From Octopus vulgaris (lineage: Eukaryota), in the NCBI GenBank assembly GCA_951406725.2, contig OX597819.1:7564001-7628000 (forward strand): a DNA stretch of 64,000 nucleotides, given 5' to 3'. Positions 13,235-26,511 of this stretch are shown one piece after another. The notes beneath the pieces are model-generated. The model saw nothing but the letters and a program-made list of their open reading frames with translations. It searched no databases and had not been told where the DNA came from. Within the stretch, counting starts at the first letter, position 1; every line of letters begins with the position of its first letter. Both the position numbers and the translations under genes were made by a program.

Positions 13235-13520
13235 CACGTGATCACGTGACCGACCAGTCCATCAGATGTAGTTACACATCGCTGGTCACAATGCATTCGC
13301 ATTGTTTTAGCCTTCGAATGACGCCACCCAGCTGGCTAAGCGAGCAGGCCAACAGAAGAAAGAGTGAGAGAAAGTTGTGGTGAAAGAGTACAGCAGGGAT
13401 CACTACCATCCCTGCCGGGGCCTCGTGGAGCTTTTAGGTGTTTTCGCTCAATAAACACTCACAACGCCCGGTCTGGGAATCGAAACCGCGATCATACGAC
13501 CGCGAGTCCGCTGCCCTAAC
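13235..13520 (-). mobile_element. SINE family B1, head truncated
   Basis: Matches 340-640. Confidence 0.87.
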
Positions 13521-13569
13521 TGGTTGTAATTGTATTAATAAATTATACCCCAAGAAGGCAGAACCTGAT

Positions 13570-13880
13570 AAATATATATGTATCCTGTTTTCTTATGGGA
13601 ATGTAGTCAATCCAGTTTGCATGCCCACCAGTTTCATAGGTGATCATGTAATTGGCTGGTTTCCTGAAGTTAGTGTTGCAGATGATCAGGTCATTTGTAT
13701 CACAGAACTCCAAGAGCCTTGTTCCATTCTTCTTCCTAGCACCAAAGCTATAGATGCCATCGACACTATGGAATCCACTGTTATCCAATATGTCTGTTGA
13801 AATCCCTGTCATTTTCCATTGAGGTAATCTGCAAAATGGCTTTGTAAATTGGTAGATGGCATCTTTTGCTGATATTCCCA
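13570..13880 (-). mobile_element. RTE LINE APE-type endonuclease remnant
   Basis: NGTRLLEFCDTNDLIICNTNFRKP...ITY...IDYI. Confidence 0.8.
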
Positions 13881-14029
13881 TGTCTATATTTTAAATTGCT
13901 CAATCATTGAATGTTTTTTTACTAAGATCCTAGATATCATGATGTCTGGTAAGTACAAATTTGTCTGTTTCGCAAGGAAGTCTAATACGAACCAGACACG
14001 AACGGTGTTGTCTCTATACTTACCAAAGA

Positions 14030-14260
14030 TTAACCCTTTCATTACCAATCCGGCTAAAACCGTTCTGGCTCCTGAGTACAAATGTCTTGTTTTCATAAGT
14101 TTTGAATTAAAATCTTCCACCAAACCTTAGTCACAATTTATGTTCCTAATACAAGCTGAATGATAACTAAGTTATTTTACTAAATTCTTTCTTATATTTA
14201 AAGTAATTGAAAGAAACACAGAGCATCTAAAAAAAAAAAATACAGTAACGAAAGGGTTAA
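14030..14260 (+). mobile_element. piggyBac-type MITE, family F
   Basis: TTAA TSD and TIRs. Confidence 0.85.
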
Positions 14261-14518
14261 GCTTACTCTTCACTGTATCAGTCATTTTGATTTCAGAGTT
14301 GTCTTTCTTGACAGAAAGTATTATTAATTCTATTTCTTTTTGTTATAAGTAAAATTTTGACTTAACAAATTTTGTTTCACTCACCAGATTGTTATTCTTC
14401 CCTTCTTTATACATACATAATGAGTTTACCATCACTGACTCATTTATGTATTTGTGAAATTTGAAAATAATGACAAATGCTAAGCTGTTGTGAATTAATT
14501 TTCCATCTCTTATTGCAG

Positions 14519-14734
14519 CCTGGATACTGGGGCTTAAGCAACGATATAAATGGATGCAAACCATGTGATTGTGATATTGGCGGTGCCTATAGCGAGACTT
14601 GTGACCAATCAACCGGTCAGTGCAAATGTCGTCCTAATATCTACGGCAGGAAGTGTGATCGACCGGTGCCTCTTTACTTCACTCCGTCCCTTGATATTTT
14701 GCGGTTTGAAGCTGAATTTAGCCATGGTTTAGGG
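14519..14734 (+). CDS. LAMB1: Laminin beta exon 4, LE to start of L4/LF (PGYWGLSNDINGCKPCDC...FEAEFSHGLG)
   Basis: ttgcag/gtaaga, 216 nt, phase 0-0. Confidence 0.95.
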
Positions 14735-14901
14735 GTAAGACTTTATTTATTTTTGTTCATTTTAACTGTTTGGGTTTAAATCATTTTTGATGTAAAAATT
14801 AAAAGGAAAGCTTTAAATGATGATAGTTCTTTTTTCAGTTTTATTACATATTTTTTTTGCTAAATAATTAATTATTTATATTATTGATTGATTTTTTTCA
14901 G

Positions 14902-15060
14902 AATGCTCATGTTGTGATCAGGGAACCAGATCCCGATCAACCCATCAGCTTCACTGGATCGGGTTTTATGAAAGTCTTGGAGGGTGATACCATTGACTTT
15001 ACTATCACCAATTTGACTGCTTCCATGGACTATGATATTGTCGTTCGATACAGCCCATTG
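14902..15060 (+). CDS. LAMB1: Laminin beta exon 5, L4/LF domain (NAHVVIREP...FTGSGFMKV...MDYDIVVRYSPL)
   Basis: tttcag/gtatgt, 159 nt, phase 0-0. Confidence 0.93.
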
Positions 15061-15556
15061 GTATGTTAATTGCTTGTCTTATCACAATACATGTACCAAA
15101 ATTGGTAGCGGTGGTTGGTTCACAGAACAAGAGGGGTTAATGTATATATGTTCTTATGGACTTGTATTACTGTGGAAGTTATTGAAATAATGGATAGGTA
15201 TAGAAACGGTTGTATGTAATTTGGAGAAGGAGCAACTGTAGTTCTAAACAATTTTGGGTTATCGGGTAGTGATGAAATCACATTTATTAATGTACATTGA
15301 TATATGGAAAAAGAAGCAATGGCAGATTTAGTTGTTGGTTCTAGTATATCAGTTCTCTGGATTTCCTCAGATTATGAAATTCTTACTGAGCTAGAAAGAA
15401 ATTCATTTTCTCAAAAGTTATGATAGTATTAAGGATCATTAAGTGGAGGAGAATATTGTCTTTGACTTAGAGAACCATTTCAACTTGTGTTAGAATATAA
15501 GAGAAGGAAAATTGTTTTTGTTTTTCCCATTGTAACTTTTTTGTTTCTTCTGACAG

Positions 15557-15677
15557 ATGCCAGAGATGTGGGAGGATATCCGTGTCGTGATTGACCGACC
15601 TGGGCCAGTAAATCAATCGGGTCCTTGTGCCAATACCCACCCCCAAAATGACTACAAGTCAACAACATTGGCTCCAG
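15557..15677 (+). CDS. LAMB1: Laminin beta exon 6, L4/LF domain (MPEMWEDIRVVIDRPGPV...CANTHPQND)
   Basis: tgacag/gtagag, phase 0-1. Confidence 0.92.
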
Positions 15678-16277
15678 GTAGAGTCTCTTATTTCTCTGTT
15701 TTTATTTCTTATAACTATTTTTTAAAATGTTAATTGTTTTATATTTCATTAGTTTTGAAGTTGTGTGACAGCTCTCAGTAACTTCAGTGGTCAAATGACT
15801 CAAGTTTGTCATGTAAATTTACTGAAATTGTGGTATTAACAATTTGGTGGTATTAACAATTTGAAGCATCTTCAACTAGAGTATTTTGATATTTCTGAAA
15901 TTTTTCTTTTGAAATTTCTCGTAGCCAGATTAATGTGGATTTTTTTTTTTAGTTACATTAGACTGGATGCTTTCAAGATCCTAATATTTCAGGACAATGG
16001 TCTCATGCAGATGAGATGTATATTTGTTTGTAGTTACAGATGTGCATGATGCATCTACTTTATATAATTGTAGTATTTAACCTTGTACTGTTTAATATTG
16101 AATATATGGAATTTGTGTGGTGTATGGAAACATTTTATTTATTGCTTGGACAGTTTTTGAAATTTTGATTATCAATAATTATTTCCTTGACTATATTTTG
16201 AAAATTGATTCAATTCAAGTAAAAGTTAACCAAACAAATTAAATTGGGAAAAGTTCAGTTCACATCACTATTAGCCC

Positions 16278-16506
16278 TTAACCCTTTAGTGTTCAGATTA
16301 CTCTGTTAAATGTTATACTTATTCACTCAAATTGTTTTGAATTAATCATGCATTATCTTATAGCTTTGAGGTTTCAATGATGTGAATGTTTATTTTTAGA
16401 ATGTCAATGTAGGTTAGGTGTGAGAGGCTGGATATGGCTTGTTCAAATATAAAATATGTAGAATATTTTGTGCCAGATATGGCTGGTTTAAACACTAAAG
16501 GGTTAA
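16278..16506 (+). mobile_element. piggyBac-type MITE, family G
   Basis: TTAA-CCCTTTAG...CTAAAGGG-TTAA; several copies. Confidence 0.83.
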
Positions 16507-17130
16507 ATGATGTCCACCACTAATTGATATCTCATCAGAGGACAGCAAGCATCAATTTATGTCTTGAAAACTTTATATGGATATGGCTATCATCTACTGA
16601 TGTCCAAGTGTCTACCTAGTCAAATGTGCCTAAAATGTAAGCAATCCTTATTGATAGGAGACACAAGTTGCAGATGGAAGTTTTATACAACAATGAAGTG
16701 TTTTCTGACTTTCAATCATCATCAGATGAGGCAGATGATGATGATAATGATGTCCTAGTTAGCACAGAAGAAAGTTATACTCTGAGTAGCTCTGGATATC
16801 AAAAAATACATCAGTTTTTCTCCATTTCTATTTTTGTGTGATGACAGCGATGTGGAAATCTCAAATAAATTCATGCTCATGCCTAGTACAAAGGAAAGTG
16901 AATATTTTATGGCACTTAGCATTAATGAGATTGTAAATTTTATCATGTGAGAGACTAAGAATTATAGTTTTTATACTTAATTAAAAGAAAATAAGTGTAA
17001 AAATTTCCCGTGAAAAAGAAGACTAATATACTTTGTTTTTTGCCAGTTTGAAATATGCTTTCATGCAACCATTTTTTTTGCCATTTAACGCTTCATAAAA
17101 TTATTCTGAAGGTTAAAAACTTTTGGATAT

Positions 17131-17354
17131 TTAACCCTTTAGCATTCAGTTTCCTTTGTCAAATGTAATGCTTATTTATTCACATCATTTAGAATCAATC
17201 TTGCATTATCTCATAGCTTTGAGACTTTGATGATGTGATTGTTTATTTTTAGAATGGCATTGTAGGGTAGGTATGAGAAGCTCGACCTGGCTGGTTTCGA
17301 CATAAAACAGAGTATTTGGGCTGGATATGGCTGGCTTTAATGTTAAGGGGCTAA
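17131..17354 (+). mobile_element. MITE family G, diverged
   Basis: Similarity to 16278 copy. Confidence 0.75.
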
Positions 17355-17361
17355 ACATAAA

Positions 17362-17582
17362 TACCTATTTCTTTATTACCCACAAGGGGACAAACAAGGA
17401 CAGACATAGGTATTAAGTCGATTACATCGACCCCAGTGCGTAACTGGTACTTAATTTATCGACCCTGAAAGGATGAAAGGCAAAGTCGACCTCGGTGGAA
17501 TTTGAACTCACAACGTAACGCAGACGAAATACCGCTAAGCATTTCGCCCGGCGTGCTAACGTTTCTGCCAGCTCGCCGCCTT
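17362..17582 (-). mobile_element. tRNA-derived SINE family C (Meta-domain-like core)
   Basis: Core gcctttcatcctttcggggtcgataaattaagtacca; flanking direct repeat 17343-17365 and 17581-17603. Confidence 0.85.
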
Positions 17583-17966
17583 AAGGAGCTAAACATAAAT
17601 ACCCTTTTATAAATGCCAGTTTCATGTATGTGTGTGGAGGGTCATAATTTCTCAGTTAAGATTCCGGTTGAAATAAAATGAATAATGTACTCGGGTATTA
17701 GCTTATATTTTAATGTCTCCAGTGCTAAATCAATTCAGATGTTGATATATTCGAATGCAATGAAAGTTAGATTCTAGTCTCAGTAACAACCCCCACTCCC
17801 CAAAAATAACCTCAGTAGTAACAACAATTAATATCAATTAAATGTCAATTAAAATTAATATCAGCTTAATTACTAATCAAAATATAATAAGAGATGCAAT
17901 TTTACATTTGTTACTTCTACTGTTTTGTGTGCAGAACTTGAAATAAAATGTTATCTATTTTTACAG

Positions 17967-18094
17967 ATTCACACTATACCATTGTCCGGCCACCATCATG
18001 TCTTGAGAAAGGAGTTACCTACACTCTCAAGTTGATATTCAACCGTTATAGGAGCGGAAGACCAACGCCTCGTGCATCTGCTCTTATTGATTCA
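17967..18094 (+). CDS. LAMB1: Laminin beta exon 7, L4/LF domain (PSCLEKGVTYTLKL...ALIDS)
   Basis: ttacag/gtaagc, phase 1-0. Confidence 0.93.
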
Positions 18095-18301
18095 GTAAGC
18101 AATAGTTTTTTATACTCTCTACTTTCTCTATCTCAGGTGCTGTCTAAAGGTAAAATTTAAGTTTTGTTAGCTTTTTATTAAACTAATCAAGAGGAAACAA
18201 TATTTCTATTATTGTGTAGCAGCTACGTATCTTTTTCATTTTTTTTCCCTCTAGAAAAAGATATTCTTGTTAAGCTTCAAATCAAATGTATGAAACTAGA
18301 A

Positions 18302-18531
18302 TTAACCCTTTAGCGTTCACATTATTCTGCTAAAATTAATGCTTCTTCATCTACATTGTTTTGAACTAATCATGCATTATCTTGTAACTATGAGAATTTG
18401 ATGAGGTAGCAGTGAAATTTTTAAAACAATATTGTAGGGTTGGTGTGAGAGACCAGATCTGGTCAGTTTGAACATAAAACAGGCTGAATACTTTTGGCCG
18501 GATTTGGCCAGTTTAAATGCTAAAGGGTTAA
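18302..18531 (+). mobile_element. MITE family G
   Basis: TTAA TSD and TIRs. Confidence 0.85.
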
Positions 18532-19164
18532 GTAAATTTATGTTCAAAACTTTACAGCTATAACTTCGTTTTTTGAGGTTTTCAAGGATAACATCGCCTG
18601 ATGTGCTCTTCCTTTTTGGTTGCTATTTTTTTGCAGCTGGTCAGGTGCCTGTATAAAGTAAAAACTTTTGTAAATTTTGCTCTATTAGAACTGATGGGGT
18701 AACTTGAGGTTACCATTTATGGAGAGAATAACACTGACAACAACAACAAGCAGGCAATCATATTTTATTGAGAACAATAGACACAATATTGTATTGTCAA
18801 AATATTTTTTCTTCTCTTTCGTAGTTTTGTCTTTAAAAAACGTTGACAGTTATTCTAATGTAATGTTATATTGTCATTAATGTGCTTGGTTAATTGAGTA
18901 GTAAATAGCTAGTCTAGTTGACTATTTATTGGCTAACTGGCTAAGTTGATTGCTTATTTATTAACTGTAATAACTGATTGTGAAGAATATCCTTGGTGGT
19001 TCTAATTGTTTAATACTATTAGTTAAGGTATTGAGGCACCATTCTTAAAGTGTTTATGAACAGAATACTATTAGAATACTATATTAGCCATCTCCTCTCT
19101 TAGGATACTGGGAAATGTAAGTGGCTGACACATTACTGGTCAGTCATACCATGGCCACACTGTT

Positions 19165-21230
19165 TATCATCATCATCATTGATTAACGTTCGTTTTCCAT
19201 GCTGGCATGGGTTGGATGGTTTGACTGAGGTCTGGAGAGCCAGCGGCTGCACCAGGCTCCAGTCTGGTCTGGCAAGGTTTCTGCAGCTGAATGCCCTTCC
19301 TAACGCCCACCACTCTGAGAATGTGTAGCTGGAGCTTTTTATGTGCCATTGATACGGGCCAATAAGGTGAGCCAGTAAGGCGGGCCTGGTAACGATCACG
19401 TTCGGATGATGCTTTTTACTTGCCAATGGCACAGGAGCTAGTCAGTGGGTACTGGCATCAGTCACAATCAGTTGGTGCTTTTTATGTGCCACCAGCTCCA
19501 GACCCAGTAAGGTGCTTTTGGATGGTGCCATCGGCATGTAAAAAGCTATGATATTAGTTTTACTTGACTCAACAGGTCTTCTCAAGCATATCATATCGCC
19601 CGATGCATCAGGAGTATTCTTAACAGGGCTGGATGTGTGTGGCTGCAATCTCACTTTAGTTGCTGGGTTTTCTCAATCACAACATATCTCCAAAGGTTCC
19701 GGTCTCCTATCATTGCCTCTGTGAGGCCCAATGTTCAAAGGTCATGCTTCACCACCTCATCCCATGTCTTTATGGGTCTACCTCTTCCACAGGTTCCTTC
19801 TACAGTTAGGGAGTGGCACTCCTCACACAGCTGTCTTCATTCATATGTAACACATGGCCACACCAGTGCAGTTGCCTCTCTTGCACACCACATTTGATGC
19901 TTCTTATGCCTGACTTTTCTCTCAGGGCACTTACACTCTGTCATGTATGCACACTTACATTACACATCCAGCAGATTATACTAGCTTCATTTCTTTCAAG
20001 CCTACGCATCAGTATTCATGGCCCATGTTTCACTGCCGTGTAGCCTGGCGGTTTGCACACATGCATCATACAGTCTACCTTTCACCATGAGCAAGAGGCT
20101 CTTAGTTGCCAGCAGAGGTAGGAGCTCCCTGAACTTTGCCCATGCTATTCTTACTCTAGTCGCTACACTCTCAGAGCAGCCACCCCCACTATAGACTTGG
20201 TCACCTAGGTAGCAGAAGCTATTAACTACTTCTAGTTTCTTCCCTGGCATGTGATGGAATCTGTTTTCTATACATCTTCAATGTTTATTGCCCCAGTGCA
20301 TCTTCCACACACAAAAACTATTTTCCCGGTTAACCTTCCTTTGATATTGCTGCACCTTTTACGTGTTCATAGCTTACACCGTATGGAGTTTCTACCCACA
20401 TCTTTTCTACAGATCGAGCAAGGGGGTTGTGATTTGACAGCCTTCCTACTTACTAAGACTTTGGTTTTGGCTAGATTAACCCTAAGGCCCTTCGATTCTA
20501 GACATTGCTTCCACACCCTAAAATTTGTCTCCAGTTCTGGCAGTGACTCAGCTATTAGAGCAAGGTCATCAAGCATAGAGGAGCTCCCTGGGGCAACCTG
20601 TCTTGAATTCCTCTGTTATTGCCTGGAAGACTATAATGAATAAGAGGGGGCTGAGGACTGATCCTTGGTGAACCCCTACTTCTACTCGAGATTCTTCACT
20701 ATACTCTATGTCAACCCTCACCTTACTGATAGTGCTCCTGTACAGAGCTTGTACAGCTCTTACCAGCCACTATCCCCAGTTTCTGCATTGACCACCAGAT
20801 AAGGGATCGGGGAACCCTGTCAAGGGCTTTCTCCAAATTAACAAAAGCCAATACAAAGGTTTATCTTTGGCTAGGTATTTCTCCTGTAGTTGCCTTACCA
20901 GAAATATAGCATCGGTGGTGCTTCTGCCTGAACTGAACTGCATCTCATCTAAACTAACTCTCTCCCTAATTAGTTTGGCTATGACCCTCTGTAACTTTCA
21001 TCACCTGATCCAATAATTTAGTACCCCTGTAGTTAGTTCTATCTAAAGCATCACCTTTCTCTTTGTAGCAGTTGACTATGGTGCTGCTACACTAGTCATT
21101 GGGTATGACTCCTTCATGAGCTACCTGATTTACGATGCGGGTGACAAGACCATAACTCACACCGCCCGATATTTTAAGCATCCCAGCAGTGATTACTGAT
21201 GGGCCAGGTGCTTTCCTTGTCTTCATCTTT
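19165..21230 (-). mobile_element. RTE-clade LINE, 5'-truncated and degenerate
   Basis: KAPGPS, DDLALIAES, GLRVNLAKTKVL, FCYLGD, AWAKFRELLPLL; contiguous with tandem-repeat 3' UTR and (GAT)n tail. Confidence 0.92.
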
Positions 21231-21553
21231 ATATAAAAAAGTAGCAGGATGGTTGTTGGCATCCAAAAGAACACTACCATGAATCCACATGTAACTGTAT
21301 AACTTTTCAGAACCATCCAACTTATTTCAGCATCATAAATGAAAATTAAAAACATAAAGATAAGAATTACATCCTAGATGTGGATGTTCTCTTAGAACAA
21401 ATTATATTGTAGTAGATACCATGGAAGAAACTCTAAAATACACTCTTGCTTAAATTGCTTGCAAGGGAGATAAATCCGGATCACGTGACTGACTTTTCTT
21501 AAATTCAAAAACCAAAGGATATACAATACGTTAGTTTAGTCATTTAGTTATTA

Positions 21554-22282
21554 CTAGCAGCATAGCCCGGCGTTGCCCGGGTATGTAAGAGCCCCTAGTA
21601 GGCAACGACTAATCCCAATCTAGTCCTTTCCCTCTAGGGAACGAAGGCACATGTGTAGGTTGCAATGTCTTCTCTTCACTCCCAAATAACTATCAAACAG
21701 CTATCGATAATTCAACCCAACCAATTCCTACCAGGAAGAAATTACATTCGAGACTTTACCCCCAACACCGCCACTTCTGCTAATAGCTGCTGCAGCCGCA
21801 AGTTATTCGAATACTTTTTTTGTTTAAACTTTCTTTATAACTACCACCCCAAACGTTTTACCTTAAATTTTTGACGTGCCCTAAGGGTCCTCGGACGCTA
21901 CTTGCAAACTCTTGGTTTATTATAAACCGCTTTTGTCGTGTGCACCAAAAAACCTTTTCCATTCGTTTGTTCAGTTTGGTCACTTTTGACTTTTTCGTTG
22001 TTGTCACTCAAATTGCTGCCCACTTTTTTGCTGTTTTTGTACATTTTTATACATTTTGATGTTGCATATAAAAAGCTTAGATTCTCGACCCCATGTCAAA
22101 TTTATCAATTTTTTTGAGAACTGGGGGAACTTTTCAAAATTTTCGCTGCGTTAGTTTTGAATTATGACATTGGGCTATGTGTGTGTCAAGTTTCATCAGA
22201 ATCGGTTGAAAGCCGTGGTCAGGGTGAGGGTACAACCTGACAGACACACAGACACACAAACTGCCGTTTATATATAGAGAGA
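21554..22282 (-). mobile_element. Non-autonomous Helitron, third body type
   Basis: 5' TC, 3' hairpin cccgggcaacgccggg plus CTAG, A/T target. Confidence 0.83.
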
Positions 22283-22387
22283 TTATGTCTTATTTCTTTT
22301 AAGATATATCTATTTGTTGTTGTCCTTATCAAATGCTGGAGAGTCATAGATTATATGTCCTAACTTTAATGTCCCCCCCCCCAAAAA

Positions 22388-22808
22388 AGGCACAGGAGTG
22401 GCTGTGTAGTAAGTAGCTTGCTTACCAACCACATGGTTCCGGGTTCAGTCCCACTGCGTGGCACTTTGGGCAAGTGTCTTCTGCTATAGCCCCGGGCCGA
22501 CCAAAGCCTTGTGAGTGGATTTGGTATGCGGAAACTGAAAGAAGCCTGTCGTATATATGTATATATATATATGTATGTATGTATGTGTGTTTGTGTGTCT
22601 GTGTTTGTTCCCCTAGCATTGCTTGACAACTGATGCTGGTGTGTTTATGTCCCCGTTACTTAGCGGTTCGGCAAAAAGAGACCGATAGAATAAGTACTGG
22701 GCTTAGAAAAGAATAAGTCCCGGGGTTGATTTGCTCGGCTAAAGGCGGTGCTCCAGCATGGCCGCAGTCAAATGACTGAAACAAGTAAAAGAGTAAAGGA
22801 GTAAAGAG
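22388..22808 (+). mobile_element. SINE family A
   Basis: Full-length match. Confidence 0.9.
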
Positions 22809-23350
22809 AGTCTGCTTGTTCAGTATTGATCTTGGCCTAAATAACAACATTGTCCCTTTGCTCCCTTCTGCTTGTAACAAACGTTTTTCTTTATGATTGT
22901 TGTTGTTGTTTACTCTCAGGTCAACCCTAATTAAGCAAATTGATACTCAGAAGTATGCCAGTCATGATCATCATGTTTTCTATATCAAGTAGTAACTATA
23001 TTATTGAATGCATCCACCTTTCATTAGGACAGTAGGATGTAATATGCAGGGGATTTAGCGGCTATTTCTACTAGCTTTTTTTATTATTTAGTTTTGAGTA
23101 GAAGGCTGCACCAACAGCTTATGCAGATCTTCTACTTTGTTCATAGGTCATTTTATATTTTTCTGTTAATGAAGAAACAATATTAAATAATGAAATATAT
23201 ATTTCTTATTGTATTTGTATATCAATTGCTTATGTTGGATCAGTGGTTCTCAACCATTTCTTTGTCTATTAGACCCCTTTGATTAAAATTTCTCTCAGAT
23301 GTACCCATGTGACTATTTCATATTTAAAATCTTATTCATTTATAATTAAA

Positions 23351-23750
23351 CTAGCAGTATCGCCTGGCATTGCTTGGGTTTGTAAGGGAAATAACTATAT
23401 AAGCATTTTTAGAGAGTTATAGCCAAAAAATAGCAAAAAAGTGCATTAAAAATGGAAAAAAATGATGGTAAATTTTTTTTAAAATCGTTGACTCATCGTA
23501 GACATTTTTAGAGAGTTACTTCCCTTATATAATAGCGAAAAAATGCATTAAAATGGAAAAAATGATGGTAAATTTTTTTTTAAATTGTAGACTCATCGTA
23601 GATGCACGCTAATACCCAGAAGGGCTCGATATGAATCATGACTATAAGATACCCGGTTTTGGTTAAACTGCACCGCAAAATGTGGGAGTAGTTAGGAATC
23701 TAAATCGTAGGAGACAGACAGACACACAACTTCACTTTTATATATAAAGA
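23351..23750 (-). mobile_element. Non-autonomous Helitron
   Basis: Reverse complement of the 8823 family. Confidence 0.88.
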
Positions 23751-23910
23751 TAATCCTAGGAATTGTATAGAAAATTCAAATATTTTGTAGAAGTATAAAG
23801 AATTTATTGCACGTAATTTTTAACAACAAAATCCTATAAGGAGCCCAGTTGTAAGCCACTGTATTTGATAAAGAAATCATTTTTACTTTATCTTTTTATT
23901 TTCTATCTAG

Positions 23911-24100
23911 GTGGTGCTCATTCCCAGCACAAAGAGCATTCCCATTTTCCAAGGACCTCGGCTACCTTCTTATTTGAAGAATGAATATATTCGGTACCGC
24001 TGTGCTGAAACTCAATATCCTGCAGTTCAACCTGAAATTCCAGATATCTGTAAATCACTGTTCTTCAGTATTTCATCAGTTTTACATCTTCAGGCTATAA
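23911..24100 (+). CDS. LAMB1: Laminin beta exon 8, end of L4/LF (VVLIPSTK...RYRC...DICKSLFFSISS)
   Basis: atctag/gtacgt, phase 0-1. Confidence 0.93.
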
Positions 24101-24528
24101 GTACGTAGTCTTTTGCATTAATTCTTACTTCAAAATGATTTTATTTAGATAAGTTAGTTGTCAAGTTGGCAGAATCATTAGCATACCATACCAAGGCGGT
24201 GAGATGGCAGAATCGTTAGCATACCATACTAAGGCGGTGAAATTAGAAAGTCAGGTCATCCTAGAATGTTACTTGCATCTTACCATCCACAAACACATAC
24301 ACAGTGATGGGAGGGGAGATAGATTAATATAATTGTTTGTATATAATGCAAGAAATTTAACACAAAGTCAGAATTGAGACATAGTATTATACGTATATAA
24401 AAATGAGAAATGTATATATAGTTATGTTATCGAGATTACATTGTATACACTCACCTCTTGTCAGTTTCATGCCATCAAGTTGAAGAAAATTGTCATCTCT
24501 CCTATAACCTTTAGGGCTTTTGCAATAT

Positions 24529-24960
24529 TCATCATCATCATCGTTTAACGTCCATTTTCCCCTTAGCACAGGTTGGACGGTTCGACCGGGGTCTGGGAAG
24601 CCAGGGGCAGCACCAGGCTCCAGTCTGATCTGGCAGAGTTTCTACAGCTGGATGCCCTTCCTAACGCCAACCACTCCGCGAGTGTAGTGGGTGTTTTTTA
24701 CGTGCCACCTGCACAGGTGCCAGGGGGGGGGGGTCTGGCATCGGCCACAATCGGTTGGTGCTTTTAACGTGCCACCGGCACGGAAACCAGCCGAGGCGGC
24801 GCTGGTATCGGCCACGTTCGGATGGTGCTTTTTATGTGCCACTGGCACAGAAGCCAGTCGGGGCGGCGCTGGCATCGGCCGCATTCGGATGGTGCTTTTT
24901 ATGTGCCACCAGCACAGAAGCCAGTCGAGGCGGAGCTGGCAACGGCCACGTTCGGATGGT
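24529..24960 (-). mobile_element. RTE LINE 3' fragment with 67-bp units
   Basis: Matches 5049 copy. Confidence 0.82.
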
Positions 24961-25188
24961 GCAGATGGATGGATATTAATCTTCTTATTTCCCCTGAAGA
25001 CTTCTCCATATGATAGAAACGAAACTCCATTATCTTAATATGTGATTTCTTTTGTCTTTCTTCAAAAGCAATGTCAAAATATCGTTTGTCCTTTTGTTTT
25101 TAGTAATATAATAAGCTTACTGTGGCTGACAAAATTGTTTTGAATAACTTCATTTACTCAATCTGTTTTAACTCATTTTCTCTTTTAG

Positions 25189-25332
25189 AATGTGACTGTG
25201 ATCTAACTGGATCGAAAACTGCCGAATGTGATGACCTTGGTGGTCATTGCCACTGTAAAGAAAACGTTGTTGGTCGTAGGTGTGACCAATGCGCCCCTGG
25301 AACCTACAACTTCGGACCCGACGGCTGCTCAC
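25189..25332 (+). CDS. LAMB1: Laminin beta exon 9, LE repeat ([13 protein letters not shown]...FGPDGCS)
   Basis: ttttag/gtaagt, 144 nt, phase 1-1. Confidence 0.95.
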
Positions 25333-26048
25333 GTAAGTCTATAAATTATTTCCCTTGTATACACCATGATACGCAATCACTTACCTCCCTTACACCGTTC
25401 GAATTTAACCTACGAGTTTATTTCTTAATTAAATTTTTTTTTGTATCTTTGGAAATTTCGTTTTGTGTTAATTAAAGCGTTTTGTTCATTTTGCCTTTTC
25501 TTTTTTATTACTCTTTTGTTTTTAGACATATTTAACCGTAAATTAAAATTTTAAAACATACACTTAGTCTTCCTTATATAGTAAGTTCAAAATATTTGAT
25601 TAACTGAAATTATCTATACATTTACTAGCTGAATACTCCCCTGAATTAAGGTTACAGTTAAAAAAAAAAAGGAGATAACTCCAGTAACATCAGATGACTG
25701 AAATTTTCACAAGACAGTGTAAATTTATAAGTGAATCTTAGAATTGTTAGTATGTTTAATATGTTAACTTTGCTTGCATCATGTGTTCAAATCTCGTGTA
25801 GGTCTACTTTGTTATTCATCCTGACGAAGTTGTAGTACCAGTTGATAAAATAAGTACTGGTTGTAATTGTATTAATAAATTATACCCCAAGAAGGCAGAG
25901 CCCAATGACACTAGTTTCGTTGTGTACTCTAATATTTTTTCTTTTTAAAAATGTATTGTGTTTGGGAACTTTTCCTTCATTATTCTGTACTTGTTGGTAA
26001 TATGGTTGCTACTGTTTGGAGCAACGGGAAAGAGTGGGTGCCAGATTG

Positions 26049-26235
26049 TTGGCATATATAAGGGAAGTAACTCTCTAAAGATTTATTATTAAATCTCAGA
26101 ACGTAAAAGGCTACAGTAACACCCCCCCCCTTTGTGGTTAACCATATTGAGATGGCTATTATACTTTACATCTCTAAAAATGCTTATATAGTTATTTCAC
26201 TTACAAACCCGAGCAACGCCGGGCGATACTGCTAG
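26049..26235 (+). mobile_element. Helitron 3' fragment ending 44 nt before exon 10
   Basis: Hairpin plus CTAG. Confidence 0.83.
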
Positions 26236-26279
26236 TTTTGTATAAAATTAAATGACCACTTAATGTCCACTTTTTTCAG

Positions 26280-26511
26280 CCTGTAACTGTGATCCTCAAG
26301 GGTCAAGGAACAACTTTTGCAACCCTCAGTCAGGTCATTGTTTATGTGCACCAAATGTCGAAGGCCGCACTTGTGACCGATGCATTGAAGGTCACTGGAA
26401 CTTCCCTAACTGTCGGAAATGTCAATGTAATGGTATGGCAGAGACTTGTAATAATGATGACGGCCACTGCATTAATTGCCGAGAGTTTACCACTGGACAA
26501 TATTGTGAGAG
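26280..26511 (+). CDS. LAMB1: Laminin beta exon 10, LE repeats (CNCDPQGSRNNFC...WNFPNCRKCQCNG...GQYCER)
   Basis: tttcag/gtaggt, phase 1-2. Confidence 0.95.

Noticed and set aside
24167-24240. 38-bp tandem duplication
   Set aside because: Local duplication of a SINE-C head fragment; ordinary.
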